Shown here one piece after another: positions 37,353 through 47,140 of a stretch of DNA of 64,000 bases (the first letter of the stretch is position 1; every line of letters starts with the position of its first letter). The notes below the pieces were generated by a model, which did no database searches, was not told the origin of the DNA, and worked only from the letters and a program-made list of their open reading frames with translations. The DNA is from Nitrospirota bacterium (GTDB lineage Bacteria; Nitrospirota; Thermodesulfovibrionia; Thermodesulfovibrionales; SM23-35): assembly GCA_040753615.1 (NCBI GenBank), contig JBFMDO010000043.1:12607-76606 (forward strand), in the 5' to 3' direction. The position numbers and the translations under genes are program-made.

Positions 37353-38567
37353 CTACTTTTTACTTTTTGTTTTTGGCTTCTTGCCATAGTCATGGCAGGC
37401 AGCACACAGTTCCGAGCCTTTAGATGCCTTATATTTAAATAGAGTTATATAAGCAGAACTGTGAGGGTCATGACACGTAGTGCAGGAAAGCTCTCCATAT
37501 TTTGATCTCGTATCTTTCCTGTTTTTAAGCGGATGCCCGGCTTGTGTAAAGCCGCCTGTTGCATGGGGTTCCTTGCCAATTCTCGGATGGCAGAGCAGAC
37601 AGCCGTCAGTTATTGGATGATAAAGCAGGGCTACATCCTTTGAGGCATGAGGCTCATGACATACCATGCACATGCCAGCTTCTACAGGGGGGTGGGCATT
37701 TTTCTTATAAAATCCTGTCTTATCATGACACATGAAACAGAGTTCAGGAAAATCAGCAAGAAGAAGTTTTCTTGCATTGCCCTGATGAGGTTCATGACAG
37801 CTCATACATAACCCTGCTGCCACAGGAGAATGATTAAAATCATTTTTAAATTCCGCGCCATCGTGGCATAAATAACATACCTCTGGGGCAGCCTTTAACA
37901 GCAGCTTCTGAGCCTCTGAAGAATGAGGTTCGTGACAGTTCAAACACAATCCTGTTGCCACAGGGGAATGATGTTTTTTCTTTTCTTTTGAAATATATTT
38001 TTCTTTCTTGTGACATATAAAACATACTTCTGGTATATCATCGAGCAGAAGCTTTTTTGCCTTACTGCTGTGCGCATCATGGCATCCAGTGCATTTACCC
38101 TCGCCTACTGGCGGATGCTTGGATGTTCTCATAAAATCAGTTTTATCATGGCAGTAAAAACAAATATCCGGCATTGGCGCAAGAAGCAGGGACGGAGCAT
38201 CAGAGGTGTGGACATCATGGCATGATAAACATTCCATTTTTGCTACAGGGGGATGTCCAACCTTTTTTGAAAACATTGCTTTATTATGACAGCCCCAGCA
38301 GAGGTCAACCTTTTCAGCAAATAAATATTTGGGGAACTTTGCTCCCCTGATGTGCGCCTCTTTATGGCATGAAACACAGCTCGTAGGGTGATCATAATTT
38401 CCAGCTACTTTTATCTTGTGACATTTCATACAATCAGGAAATTGTTGGGAGAAAGAGATATCAGGCATTAAAAAAACAGCAACTGAAAAAATAATGGCAG
38501 AAAAAAGACACATTCTTAAATCTCTTAATTTTTCAATCATCCATTGCCACCAATTGTTTTGTATCAA
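37353..38567 (-). CDS. Periplasmic 15-heme cytochrome c (paired CXXCH repeats)
   Basis: 15 CxxCH; ~46-aa repeats HxPV..G.CxxCHxPH.S...LL....P.xCxxCH; start possibly 38540. Confidence 0.92.
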   Translation of the reverse strand: MIQNNWWQWMIEKLRDLRMCLFSAIIFSVAVFLMPDISFSQQFPDCMKCHKIKVAGNYDHPTSCVSCHKEAHIRGAKFPKYLFAEKVDLCWGCHNKAMFSKKVGHPPVAKMECLSCHDVHTSDAPSLLLAPMPDICFYCHDKTDFMRTSKHPPVGEGKCTGCHDAHSSKAKKLLLDDIPEVCFICHKKEKYISKEKKKHHSPVATGLCLNCHEPHSSEAQKLLLKAAPEVCYLCHDGAEFKNDFNHSPVAAGLCMSCHEPHQGNARKLLLADFPELCFMCHDKTGFYKKNAHPPVEAGMCMVCHEPHASKDVALLYHPITDGCLLCHPRIGKEPHATGGFTQAGHPLKNRKDTRSKYGELSCTTCHDPHSSAYITLFKYKASKGSELCAACHDYGKKPKTKSKK

Positions 38568-38726
38568 TTATTGGATTAACTGGAGCGTTGCTAATACCCA
38601 GTTAAATTATCAAAAAGGGATTGATTAAGTCAATCTTCGTTTTTCATTAGTAGTGCCAATCTTTTTCATTACCATTGTATCGCTGTATGACATGTTTATT
38701 TCCTATCTATGCAATAGAAATCATGA

Positions 38727-39149
38727 TCAAATGAAGGGATTCTTAATTCTAACGCCGTTGATGATTTGACCATCTGATAAATCCTCTGAAAGCAACAAAC
38801 TTGCATTACCTTTTAAAGCAGCCTGTATAATCATAGAATCCCAAAAGGAGTACTTATATCGAGAATGGATATCTATAGCCTCTAATATAGATTGTCCATC
38901 ATTTACAATAACATCCCATTTCAGAAGGTCGCTAACAATTTCCTCAGCTATTTTTACATCCAATGGTTTTAGTATTTTTTTTGTTATACTTACGAAGAAT
39001 TCTTGCAGCACTTGAGTGCTGAGAAGTCCAAGTCCGGAACCCCATAAATCTGTGATAATCTTTCGAGCGATTTCGCGCTTTTCCCCTGCGGAGATATCAT
39101 AGGCATAAATAATGATATTTGTGTCCAGAAATACTTTATCCCCGCTCAT
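38727..39149 (-). CDS. vapC: VapC/PIN domain toxin
   Basis: VFLDTNIIIYA, STQVLQE, SFWDS.I, LLSEDL; start ATG 39149. Confidence 0.9.
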   Translation of the reverse strand: MSGDKVFLDTNIIIYAYDISAGEKREIARKIITDLWGSGLGLLSTQVLQEFFVSITKKILKPLDVKIAEEIVSDLLKWDVIVNDGQSILEAIDIHSRYKYSFWDSMIIQAALKGNASLLLSEDLSDGQIINGVRIKNPFI

Positions 39150-39381
39150 GGAGATCTTCTCTCGATATCGTAATACGACCTTTTGTTCCGAGATCAAATC
39201 CTGTCTTGAGAAGCCTTAACTGCCTCTCCTTCGCCTTTTTATAGCCGGTTTCTTCTCTGATCTTCTCTTCAAGGGCATCTTTCAAAAGTTCGCTCAGAGA
39301 TTTTTCTTTACGTGATGCCATCACCTTAGCTTTTCTTAACAACGACCTGGGTAAAGATAAAGTAACATTCTGTCTTTCCAT
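39136..39381 (-). CDS. CopG/RHH antitoxin
   Basis: QNVTLSLP..LL.KAK..A.....SLS.L; C-terminal REDLHER. Confidence 0.85.
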   Translation of the reverse strand: MERQNVTLSLPRSLLRKAKVMASRKEKSLSELLKDALEEKIREETGYKKAKERQLRLLKTGFDLGTKGRITISREDLHERG

Positions 39382-39519
39382 CAGGACGCTCCTTTCATTA
39401 ACACTAAAAATGTCCCGATGAATTATATATATCACATATTTACGTGAATTGTCAAAATTTGACTGTTAGCCTGCTCCGTACTTGATACAGGGGAATCCAG
39501 ACCCCCTTGTTTTTTATCG

Positions 39520-42500
39520 TTACTTTATTCCAACCTGTCCAGTAATCATTGTGCCATCATCAAGAACAGCATAGATATTATAGAGACCTGGAAGCACATC
39601 GCTTGTATCCCAATTAAAGATATACTGGTTGTCCACTGGGTCATATCGGAAAAGCGAATCAGTTGTCGCTGCACTGGTAGAAATGCCTTCAACTATCTCA
39701 CCAACAAAAATATCACTAACGTATTGATACATAAAAACAGCTACCGCAGTAGATATATAGTTGCCATTCACATCAGTCAACTGAAACTTAGCCGGAATTG
39801 TACTGCCTGATTTAAAGACACTTAAAAGTGGCGATTGCTTAATCGGAGGCAGAAACCCAGTCTTGTTATAGACAACATTGTAACTCACGGTTTTGTTAGT
39901 AACGTTTCCGGCAATGTCCGTTGCAGCAACAGTGAAAGTCTTTATGCCCGGCGTGGCAGTATCCAGTGATGCTCCGTTGGGGACAGTACCTGTTACTTCA
40001 GCAAGTCCAGAAACACTGTCGCCTGCCAACCAGTCAACAGTAATAGTTTCATTCAAGATATATATTGCCCCATCAACCGGAGCATTGATGACTACTTCGG
40101 GCGCAGTCTTGTCAATGTTGATTATTGCTTGCCGTGCCATCTCCATGTTGCCTGCATTGTCTGTGGAGCGGTAGTAAACAGTCGTTACCCCTTCTGTGTT
40201 TATATCAATAGGAGACGTGTAGGTATTATAGGTCACGCCGTCAAAGCTGTATTCTATCAGAGCAACTCCTGAACCACCCTCGTTGTCTATTGATGTAAAG
40301 GTCACTGTTACATCTGACATATACCAGCCGTTATTACCAGAAGTCCCGCTGATCGCAATATTTGTCACGGGGGGCGTAATATCAGCAGGCTTAACCCATC
40401 CATCCTGTATTGCCCAAGGAAGATTATCCTGCCCGCCAGAGAAAACATACGGGTAGTCTACAAAACCATCGCTGTCGTTGTCCGGAGTGTTCCAGTCGCT
40501 CCAATAATTGCCGCCAGTGGGTTTATCCAGATTGAAGATGTTGCCGGTGCCGCTCATAACCCTTGCCTGCGTCGCGTTGTTTATAAAGTTATTGTTATAA
40601 ACCTGGTTGTAATCAGAGCCAATAATCAACCCATAGTATGAGTTTCCACTAATGGTGTTTTTAGTTAAGACATTATTGTTGCTATATGTACTGATTTGGA
40701 TCCCAGTGCCCCAAAAATAGCTATTGGACGCAGTATTTCCGGTAAGTGTGTTGTTGCTGGAGAGGGTTAGCAGAATCCCAGCGTACCGATTCGAGCTGGC
40801 GATATTCCCGGCAAGAGTGTTTCCGGTGGATTCGTAAAGGTAGATCCCATAAGTGCTGTTATTGGCAATATTGTCCGAAAGCGTATTGTTGTTAGAAGAA
40901 TATTCAAGACTAATGCCGCAGTAAGAATACGAGACTTTGTTGTTATTGGCAACCGTATTGTTGCTGGAACCCTTGAGAATGATCCCATAAGTGTTGCGGT
41001 CGGCGGTATTGCCCGTGATGGTGTTGCCGCTCGCGTTTCTAAGCCATATTCCGCCAAAGGCATTATCAGAGGCAATAACATTTTCTATTATTGAATTAGT
41101 GGTATTCCGCAGAACCACTCCTGTGCCGTTTTTAATCAGCGTAAGGTCTTTAATAATGACGCCGTCGCAGTTGATGCAAAAAATTGTACCTGCGTTCGAG
41201 GAGATGTCCAGTGTTTGGCCGAAAACGTTTGTTAAGTAATAGATTGGTTTGCCGTCAACCAGATTGCTTGTGTCAATATTGTGAATATAGGATGCGTCTG
41301 ACTCGTCGAAAACATTAAGAGCAAAATTGTAGCGGTTCCCGGACATTATGTTCCCGTTAAAGGTACCGCCTGTGGAACTGTTGAGATAAACCCCATTGTT
41401 GCTATTATTTAAAGCCTGATTACCGCTGACGGTAATATTGTTAAGGTAAGAAAGTGCAATGCCGCCCTCGTTGCCCGAAGCGATATTGCTATTGACGATG
41501 TTATTGCTGGAACTGCTGATAAGCATTCCCCAATAACGATTCAAATTGGCAGTATTGCCGGTGAGGTTGTTGCCATTGCAAACGTCTAACATAATTCCGT
41601 TCTGATTTGAATTGGCAATATTGTTGGTGAGGTTGCAGCCGCTACACCTAATAAGATTGATGCCGCCTGCGTTTGAATTAGCCGTATTGCCGGAAAGGGT
41701 ATTGCTGTTGGAAGAGTATAAGTACATACCGTAGTAGTTGTTTGAAGCAGTTGCGCCGCTTATAGTGTTGCCGTCGGAATACCATAACTCGATGCCGTTC
41801 CAGTTATTCGAAGCCGAAACGTTTTCTATCAGCGAATTGTCGGTATTCCAGAATAGTATTGCCTCCCCAGCGTTTGTGAAAGCTATGTCCCTAATGGTAA
41901 TAGAGTCGCAGTTTACACAGTAGATTGCGCCCACGTTTACTGAGCTGTCAAACACCTGACCCGTGACACCTTTTAAGTAGTAGATAGGCTTCCCATCTAC
42001 CAAATTGCTCGTATCTACATTCTGAAGATAGTGCGTTTCGTAATACCCGTCAACACCAAAATTAAACTTGTTTGCAGACATTGTATTACCGCTGAGGGTG
42101 TTGTTCTCGGAATAAATAATATACAATCCGTAAACCTTATTGGCGATTGCAGTGTTATTGCTAAGATTATTGTTGTAAGAATTGTAGCCAATGAAGATTC
42201 CATAATTATTATTAGCCTCGGCGGTATTGTTGATCAACATATTGCCATACGAATAATTGAGACAAATTCCACTACTGAAATTCTTCGCCGTCAGATTCTT
42301 AATAGTAACACCCGTTCTTCCATAAAGATATACGCCATAACCTGTTCCACTGCCAATTACTGAGTAGCCATTGCCATCAAGGGTGAGGTTGTTAGCGTTT
42401 ATCTGGATTGTCTCGTAAACATTAGTTGTGAGCGTCGCTATTCTGTTAACTGAATCCCATGTTCCGACACTCGGGTCGCTCCAGCCGGAGTCGCTCAAAA

Positions 42501-42966
42501 AGATTGTTGAAGGCCGCGGCTGGATGAAGACCAGATGCACAGATGAGATGTCCTGGGTGTAAGTGTATTTCCCGTTTTCATCGGTAGTGAATGCCTCAAC
42601 ATTGCTGTAGTCGTCCTGGTACTTATAATATGCCGTCTGCGGCAGAAAGCCGCCGAGAGTTAGCGTTGTAGTAGTTGCAACGGCGCTCGCCTCAATATGC
42701 AGCGTTACCATCTCTGGAATAGATTCAAGCTTCAGTGTGATCGTCTCCGTGCTGTCAACCGTCACGTTCAGGTACTCGCTTTGGGTTAGCGCAAAATGCG
42801 TCCCGGTCGCTTCGAGTATACCGTTGAATTCGAGGCTGGTGGTTGCCTCAACAGGTGCTGGGGCTGGCTCAGGCAACACCAAATCTTCTGCAAAAGTTAC
42901 TCCGACACTTAAAAGTAGTGCCGCAAGGATAATTACCCATCTTGTTAGAAATTTTAATTCTTTCAT
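39520..42966 (-). CDS. Secreted NosD/CASH parallel beta-helix protein with Ig-like and PxKF domains
   Basis: Many GI.L..S.NN.L.GN.A..N repeats; GGNYWSD; DITPP.T Ig domains; C-terminal FLPPI...KSGSTIPAKFQL. Confidence 0.88.
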   Translation of the reverse strand: MKELKFLTRWVIILAALLLSVGVTFAEDLVLPEPAPAPVEATTSLEFNGILEATGTHFALTQSEYLNVTVDSTETITLKLESIPEMVTLHIEASAVATTTTLTLGGFLPQTAYYKYQDDYSNVEAFTTDENGKYTYTQDISSVHLVFIQPRPSTIFLSDSGWSDPSVGTWDSVNRIATLTTNVYETIQINANNLTLDGNGYSVIGSGTGYGVYLYGRTGVTIKNLTAKNFSSGICLNYSYGNMLINNTAEANNNYGIFIGYNSYNNNLSNNTAIANKVYGLYIIYSENNTLSGNTMSANKFNFGVDGYYETHYLQNVDTSNLVDGKPIYYLKGVTGQVFDSSVNVGAIYCVNCDSITIRDIAFTNAGEAILFWNTDNSLIENVSASNNWNGIELWYSDGNTISGATASNNYYGMYLYSSNSNTLSGNTANSNAGGINLIRCSGCNLTNNIANSNQNGIMLDVCNGNNLTGNTANLNRYWGMLISSSSNNIVNSNIASGNEGGIALSYLNNITVSGNQALNNSNNGVYLNSSTGGTFNGNIMSGNRYNFALNVFDESDASYIHNIDTSNLVDGKPIYYLTNVFGQTLDISSNAGTIFCINCDGVIIKDLTLIKNGTGVVLRNTTNSIIENVIASDNAFGGIWLRNASGNTITGNTADRNTYGIILKGSSNNTVANNNKVSYSYCGISLEYSSNNNTLSDNIANNSTYGIYLYESTGNTLAGNIASSNRYAGILLTLSSNNTLTGNTASNSYFWGTGIQISTYSNNNVLTKNTISGNSYYGLIIGSDYNQVYNNNFINNATQARVMSGTGNIFNLDKPTGGNYWSDWNTPDNDSDGFVDYPYVFSGGQDNLPWAIQDGWVKPADITPPVTNIAISGTSGNNGWYMSDVTVTFTSIDNEGGSGVALIEYSFDGVTYNTYTSPIDINTEGVTTVYYRSTDNAGNMEMARQAIINIDKTAPEVVINAPVDGAIYILNETITVDWLAGDSVSGLAEVTGTVPNGASLDTATPGIKTFTVAATDIAGNVTNKTVSYNVVYNKTGFLPPIKQSPLLSVFKSGSTIPAKFQLTDVNGNYISTAVAVFMYQYVSDIFVGEIVEGISTSAATTDSLFRYDPVDNQYIFNWDTSDVLPGLYNIYAVLDDGTMITGQVGIK

Positions 42967-43545
42967 CTTCTATCTCCTTTCAAGAGTATCGAAATAATAT
43001 TAAAAGAATGCTAACCCGTACTGGTAAAAACTAAAGAAATAGTTTTAAGTCATTCATGCATTAATGCATGAATCATAGCTAAAATATTATCCCCTGTCAA
43101 GGAAAGGGGTCAGTTTTTACCTGCCCATTTACGTGGCTCATGATTTCCTGCCTTGACAGGATAAAACTTTAAAACCTATTATATCTAAAACATCTGGGCA
43201 AAAAGGATTTTCGATGAAAAAGACTAAAATTACAGACAAGAGGATAAACAATATTAAATCATATTTAGATAATTATAGAGATAACATTCCAGTTGCATTC
43301 CTCTAATAAAACTTGAAGCTTTAAATGGTGTTCCAATACTTATAACTAATGTTGATATTCTTAACAGATTCACTCTTTCTATTATCCACAAGGCTGAAGA
43401 ACTTAAAAAAATCCTCAATAGATTGAGAAAGGTTGCATGAGAAGATCCCATAAATATGAAATCATAGCCTTTCTAAAAGAAGAAATTTTATATTTCAAAA
43501 CAAAGTCCAAAGGGGTTACATTTGATAAATTTATTTAGCTCGTTG

Positions 43546-44154
43546 TTAAGCATTACCTTTAATGCCAAATATCCAGAGCCAGATTAATTTGGAATATTCA
43601 TTTAGTACCATTGCCCTGTCCCTTCTCCTCTTCCACCATTCATCAAAACTAAACCAGCTTTTATTGCAGGGTGCACTGATTACATTTATTTCGTCCCCCA
43701 TAACTTTTTTGAAAGTTTTAGCCGCCCTCCTGCTGTGATATGGAGAAGTAACAATGACACATGACTTGTATTTATATTTATCTAAAATCTTCTTTGTGAA
43801 AATAGCACCTTCTTCAGCATTTCTTGATTTATCCTCCAGAATAATAGCGTTTTTTGGCACGCCGAGTGAGACTGCATGTCCCTTCATAAGAGATGCCCAT
43901 GTATGTCTCCAGACAACTGGACCGCCTGCTAATATTATTCTGTCCTTCCTTGCCCACCCCTCCTTAAAAAGCTTAACACCATATATAACTCGTTCTGTTT
44001 CCTCACCTCCGAGTATAACTATAACATCTGCTGGTTTCATCTCATCCTTGTAATATAAGTGCCTCCCCGCCTTTTCCAGAATAAAACCATGGCTTATATA
44101 TAGAAGAAAAATAATGACTGCAACCGCAATTATTATCTTGAGAAATCTAAGCAT
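43546..44154 (-). CDS. YdcF/DUF218 family protein
   Basis: ADVIVILGG, ED.SRN..E.A, VTSPYHSRRA. Confidence 0.88.
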   Translation of the reverse strand: MLRFLKIIIAVAVIIFLLYISHGFILEKAGRHLYYKDEMKPADVIVILGGEETERVIYGVKLFKEGWARKDRIILAGGPVVWRHTWASLMKGHAVSLGVPKNAIILEDKSRNAEEGAIFTKKILDKYKYKSCVIVTSPYHSRRAAKTFKKVMGDEINVISAPCNKSWFSFDEWWKRRRDRAMVLNEYSKLIWLWIFGIKGNA

Positions 44155-44268
44155 TTCCTTTCCCTATATACCATTTCACCAATTTTAATCCTGCTTTTGG
44201 ATTTTTAATAATATATTCCCTGCTGTTATAATTGAGGATAATCACTGATCATGCAGACTCATAAACAA

Positions 44269-45006
44269 TCAGACTTGATCGGCAACTGCAGCCTGTTTTG
44301 AGGGATTAATCAACCATATATTTCCAAAATCTCTTTCCTGATATGCCTTAACAAGGCTGAGTCTGATGAGTTCAAGAAGTGCAATAAACGTGACTATTAA
44401 TTGGATTTTCGTAACACTTCCTTTAAAAAGTTCTTCAAATCTGATAGCATCATGGACTTCTATTATCTCCATTATTAAAGACATCTTATCCTTAATAGTC
44501 AGAGTCTCTTTAGTAATAGAAATAACTTCTGGCGGAGCAGTCTCAAGTATCTTTCTAAACGCACCGAGGAGGTCAAACAGATTCAGATCAAAAAGATAAA
44601 GTTCTTTCTCCTCTGCAATATCTGATTCCTGTTCTTTCCGAAATACCTTCATCCATTCATCTTCCCTGTCCCTTAAATGACCTGCTGCTTCTTTAAATTT
44701 CTGGTATTCGAGTAACCTCTGGACAAGTTCAAGCCTCGGGTCTTCCTGTTCTTCAGAAGGCGCTTCTTCATCAGGAGGGAGTAACATCCTTGATTTTATC
44801 TGGATAAGGCTTGCTGCCATCACAAGAAAATCCCCTGCTATCTCGAGATTAAGTTCTTTCATCATCTCGATATATTGGAGATACTGTCCTGTAATTAAAG
44901 CAATAGGTATATCATAAATATCAATCTTGTTTTCTCTGATGAGATGCAGAAGAAGATCAAAAGGACCTTCGAATGCAGGGGTTTTTATGTTGTAAATGCC
45001 CTCCAT
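44269..45006 (-). CDS. scpA: Segregation and condensation protein A
   Basis: FEGPFDLLLHLI, IYDIPI, LVMAA.L..IKSRMLLP, VTFIALLEL. Confidence 0.95.
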   Translation of the reverse strand: MEGIYNIKTPAFEGPFDLLLHLIRENKIDIYDIPIALITGQYLQYIEMMKELNLEIAGDFLVMAASLIQIKSRMLLPPDEEAPSEEQEDPRLELVQRLLEYQKFKEAAGHLRDREDEWMKVFRKEQESDIAEEKELYLFDLNLFDLLGAFRKILETAPPEVISITKETLTIKDKMSLIMEIIEVHDAIRFEELFKGSVTKIQLIVTFIALLELIRLSLVKAYQERDFGNIWLINPSKQAAVADQV

Positions 45007-45057
45007 AATATAAATATTCTACCAGATTATCTAAGTTTTATTTTTTCTTCCCATAAT

Positions 45058-45179
45058 CCGTAATCAGAAATCAAAAAAACCTTGATAATCCTCGTCATGC
45101 TGAATTTATTTCAGCATCTTATGAGAGCGATTATTTTGAGACCCTGAAACAAGTTCAGGGTGACAACTACGGATTACGG
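45058..45179. mobile_element. Short MITE/REP doublet
   Basis: TIR CCGTAATC / GATTACGG enclosing ATGCTGAA..TTCAGCAT and ACCCTGAA..TTCAGGGT hairpins. Confidence 0.65.
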
Positions 45180-45250
45180 TTCTTCTCGACACCGCTATAT
45201 CTCCTCTGTTAAAATTCCATGATAAAGCATAGCTGTCCAAGATAACAGAA

Positions 45251-45419
45251 AAGAGGCTGGGTGCTGAATAAACACAATGACAACACCTTAGAAAAAAACA
45301 TAATGCTTCCTGAATAACATTATATGAGAGTTATCCATATAATGAATTATATACAAAAAGAGGTTTGATAAATAAATTATCATGTCGATTCAGTGTGTTT
45401 ATGAGGCATTTAGCCTCTT
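45251..45419 (+). ncRNA. Structured ~170-nt RNA, 6S-RNA-like rod, copy 2
   Basis: Near-identical to 560-729; its substitutions strengthen UAAACACA/UGUGUUUA, CAUUAUAUG/CAUAUAAUG and UGAUAA/UUAUCA. Confidence 0.5.
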
Positions 45420-45443
45420 ATATAAAATTATCTTAAACAGATC

Positions 45444-46205
45444 ATGGATCCTTACATAAAAAAAATTATAACGAGAATACAGGGAACATCTTCTAATGAA
45501 ACAGCGGATTATATCGCTGTTGAAAAAAGACTTAGTATTTTTATTAATGGAAAGAAGACCATGATTTTATATTGCACCCCTCTTATGATAAAAGAACTGG
45601 CAACCGGCTTTTTACTCACAGAGGAAATACTGACAGATAGAGCATATATAGAAAATCTGGAAATAAAATATGAAGGAGAAGAAATTAAGATAGACATACT
45701 TACTGGGAAAAATATCATTCCAGAAACATTAGTCAACTTACAGCGCTATGGCAGGGTTCTTTTCAATAAAAAAATGGAATTCAACAAGATAAAAGATAAC
45801 TTTTCTATTACACTTACCGCATTAAAAAATATCTTTAATGAGTTCCAGCAGAAATCAGAACTCTTCAGATTAACCGGTTGTTTTCATAGCGCAGCACTTT
45901 CAGACGGCGGAAAAATTCTTGCCTTCTCAGAGGACATAAGCAGACACAATGCTGTTGATAAGATAATAGGAAGTGCTATTCTGAATGATATGTCATTTAC
46001 AGGGAAATGTTTACTTGTAAGCTGCCGTATTTCTTCTACGATTATATCGAAATGTTTAAAATGGGAGATCCCAATAATTGTCAGTCGAGCGGCACCAACT
46101 GACTTCGCAGTAGATATCGCTGAGAAATCAGGAATTACACTTCTGGGTTTTGTGAGAGGAGATTATCTGAACGTTTATACGAACCCACAAAGGATAATCT
46201 CATAA
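45444..46205 (+). CDS. fdhD: Formate dehydrogenase accessory sulfurtransferase FdhD (divergent)
   Basis: AVE..L, CTP, ELATGFLLTE, LF.LTG.FHSAAL, EDISRHNAVDK, SRAAPT, GFVR. Confidence 0.88.
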   Translation: MDPYIKKIITRIQGTSSNETADYIAVEKRLSIFINGKKTMILYCTPLMIKELATGFLLTEEILTDRAYIENLEIKYEGEEIKIDILTGKNIIPETLVNLQRYGRVLFNKKMEFNKIKDNFSITLTALKNIFNEFQQKSELFRLTGCFHSAALSDGGKILAFSEDISRHNAVDKIIGSAILNDMSFTGKCLLVSCRISSTIISKCLKWEIPIIVSRAAPTDFAVDIAEKSGITLLGFVRGDYLNVYTNPQRIIS

Positions 46206-46444
46206 AATTTTAAAAATATCCTTTAGTTATCAGATCGGATGGGGCGTTTTGCGGCGCTTTTCGTTAATAGTAGTTTTTATTATATTAGCTTGACATACAT
46301 CGGTGGACATAAAGGTTCTGAAAAAAAAATTGTTAACATATAAAGCCTGTAGAAAACACGGAAGAAACAGAAATAGTACACTAATGTCCGGTAAAAAATA
46401 GGAAAAGTCTCACATTTACAAGGATTGAAGCGGGTTTGATTAGG

Positions 46445-47122
46445 TTAAGAAAAAAAATGAAGGAGATGCCTCTTGAACCACTCAGATGAAAGGCGTGCCA
46501 CTTGCTCCAACTTGCCGGGTTCCTCAAAAAGATGTGATGCACCGCGAATAATTTGTAGCTCTTTTTCGGCCTTGATTAACTTATACGCCTGCTGATTAAG
46601 CTGGATGACACCATAATCATTGCCACCAACAATAAGAAGAGTCGGGGCATTGATATATTGAAGGGCTTGTTCTGCAAGATCAGGGCGACCGCCGCGTGAG
46701 ACAATTGCATTTACTTCTGAGCTGGGGGCGACAGCTGCAAGGAGGGCTGCCGCGGCTCCAGTACTTGCCCCAAAATAGCCGATATTGAGTTTTCTAGTTT
46801 TCGGCTGTTCTTTAATCCACAGGGTAGCTGCCAATAAACGTTCTGACAGCAAAGGAATGTCAAAGCGATTTTCATAGATAGCATCTTCCTCCTTGGTAAG
46901 CAAATCAAAAAGCAGCGTGCCCAGTCCAGCTTCGCGGATCACCTGTGCCACATACTTATTTCTCTTACTATGTCGGCTGCTACCGCTGCCGTGGGCAAAG
47001 ATTACCAGTGCTTGCGCCTCTCGTGGAAGATCCAGAATCCCTTCGAGAATGGCGGAATCTGTTGGGATATGGATTAATTCAGAGGAGTTATTATTAAACA
47101 TAGTGTATAAATATTTTAGCAA
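46445..47122 (-). CDS. Dienelactone hydrolase-family alpha/beta hydrolase
   Basis: FAHGSGSSR, GYFGASTGAAAAL, VSRGGRPDLA, GASHLFEE. Confidence 0.88.
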   Translation of the reverse strand: MLKYLYTMFNNNSSELIHIPTDSAILEGILDLPREAQALVIFAHGSGSSRHSKRNKYVAQVIREAGLGTLLFDLLTKEEDAIYENRFDIPLLSERLLAATLWIKEQPKTRKLNIGYFGASTGAAAALLAAVAPSSEVNAIVSRGGRPDLAEQALQYINAPTLLIVGGNDYGVIQLNQQAYKLIKAEKELQIIRGASHLFEEPGKLEQVARLSSEWFKRHLLHFFS

Positions 47123-47140
47123 ACTTCAGAAATTAAGACC

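Noticed and set aside
38643-38658. Sigma54 promoter for the 15-heme cytochrome
   Set aside because: TGGCAC is present but the -12 element reads ATGAA rather than TTGC
43214-43451. Small ORF fragments on both strands
   Set aside because: Possibly a gene remnant, but no recognisable homology
45251-45419. Moco riboswitch upstream of fdhD
   Set aside because: No recognisable Moco motif, and the same element precedes an unrelated dehydrogenase
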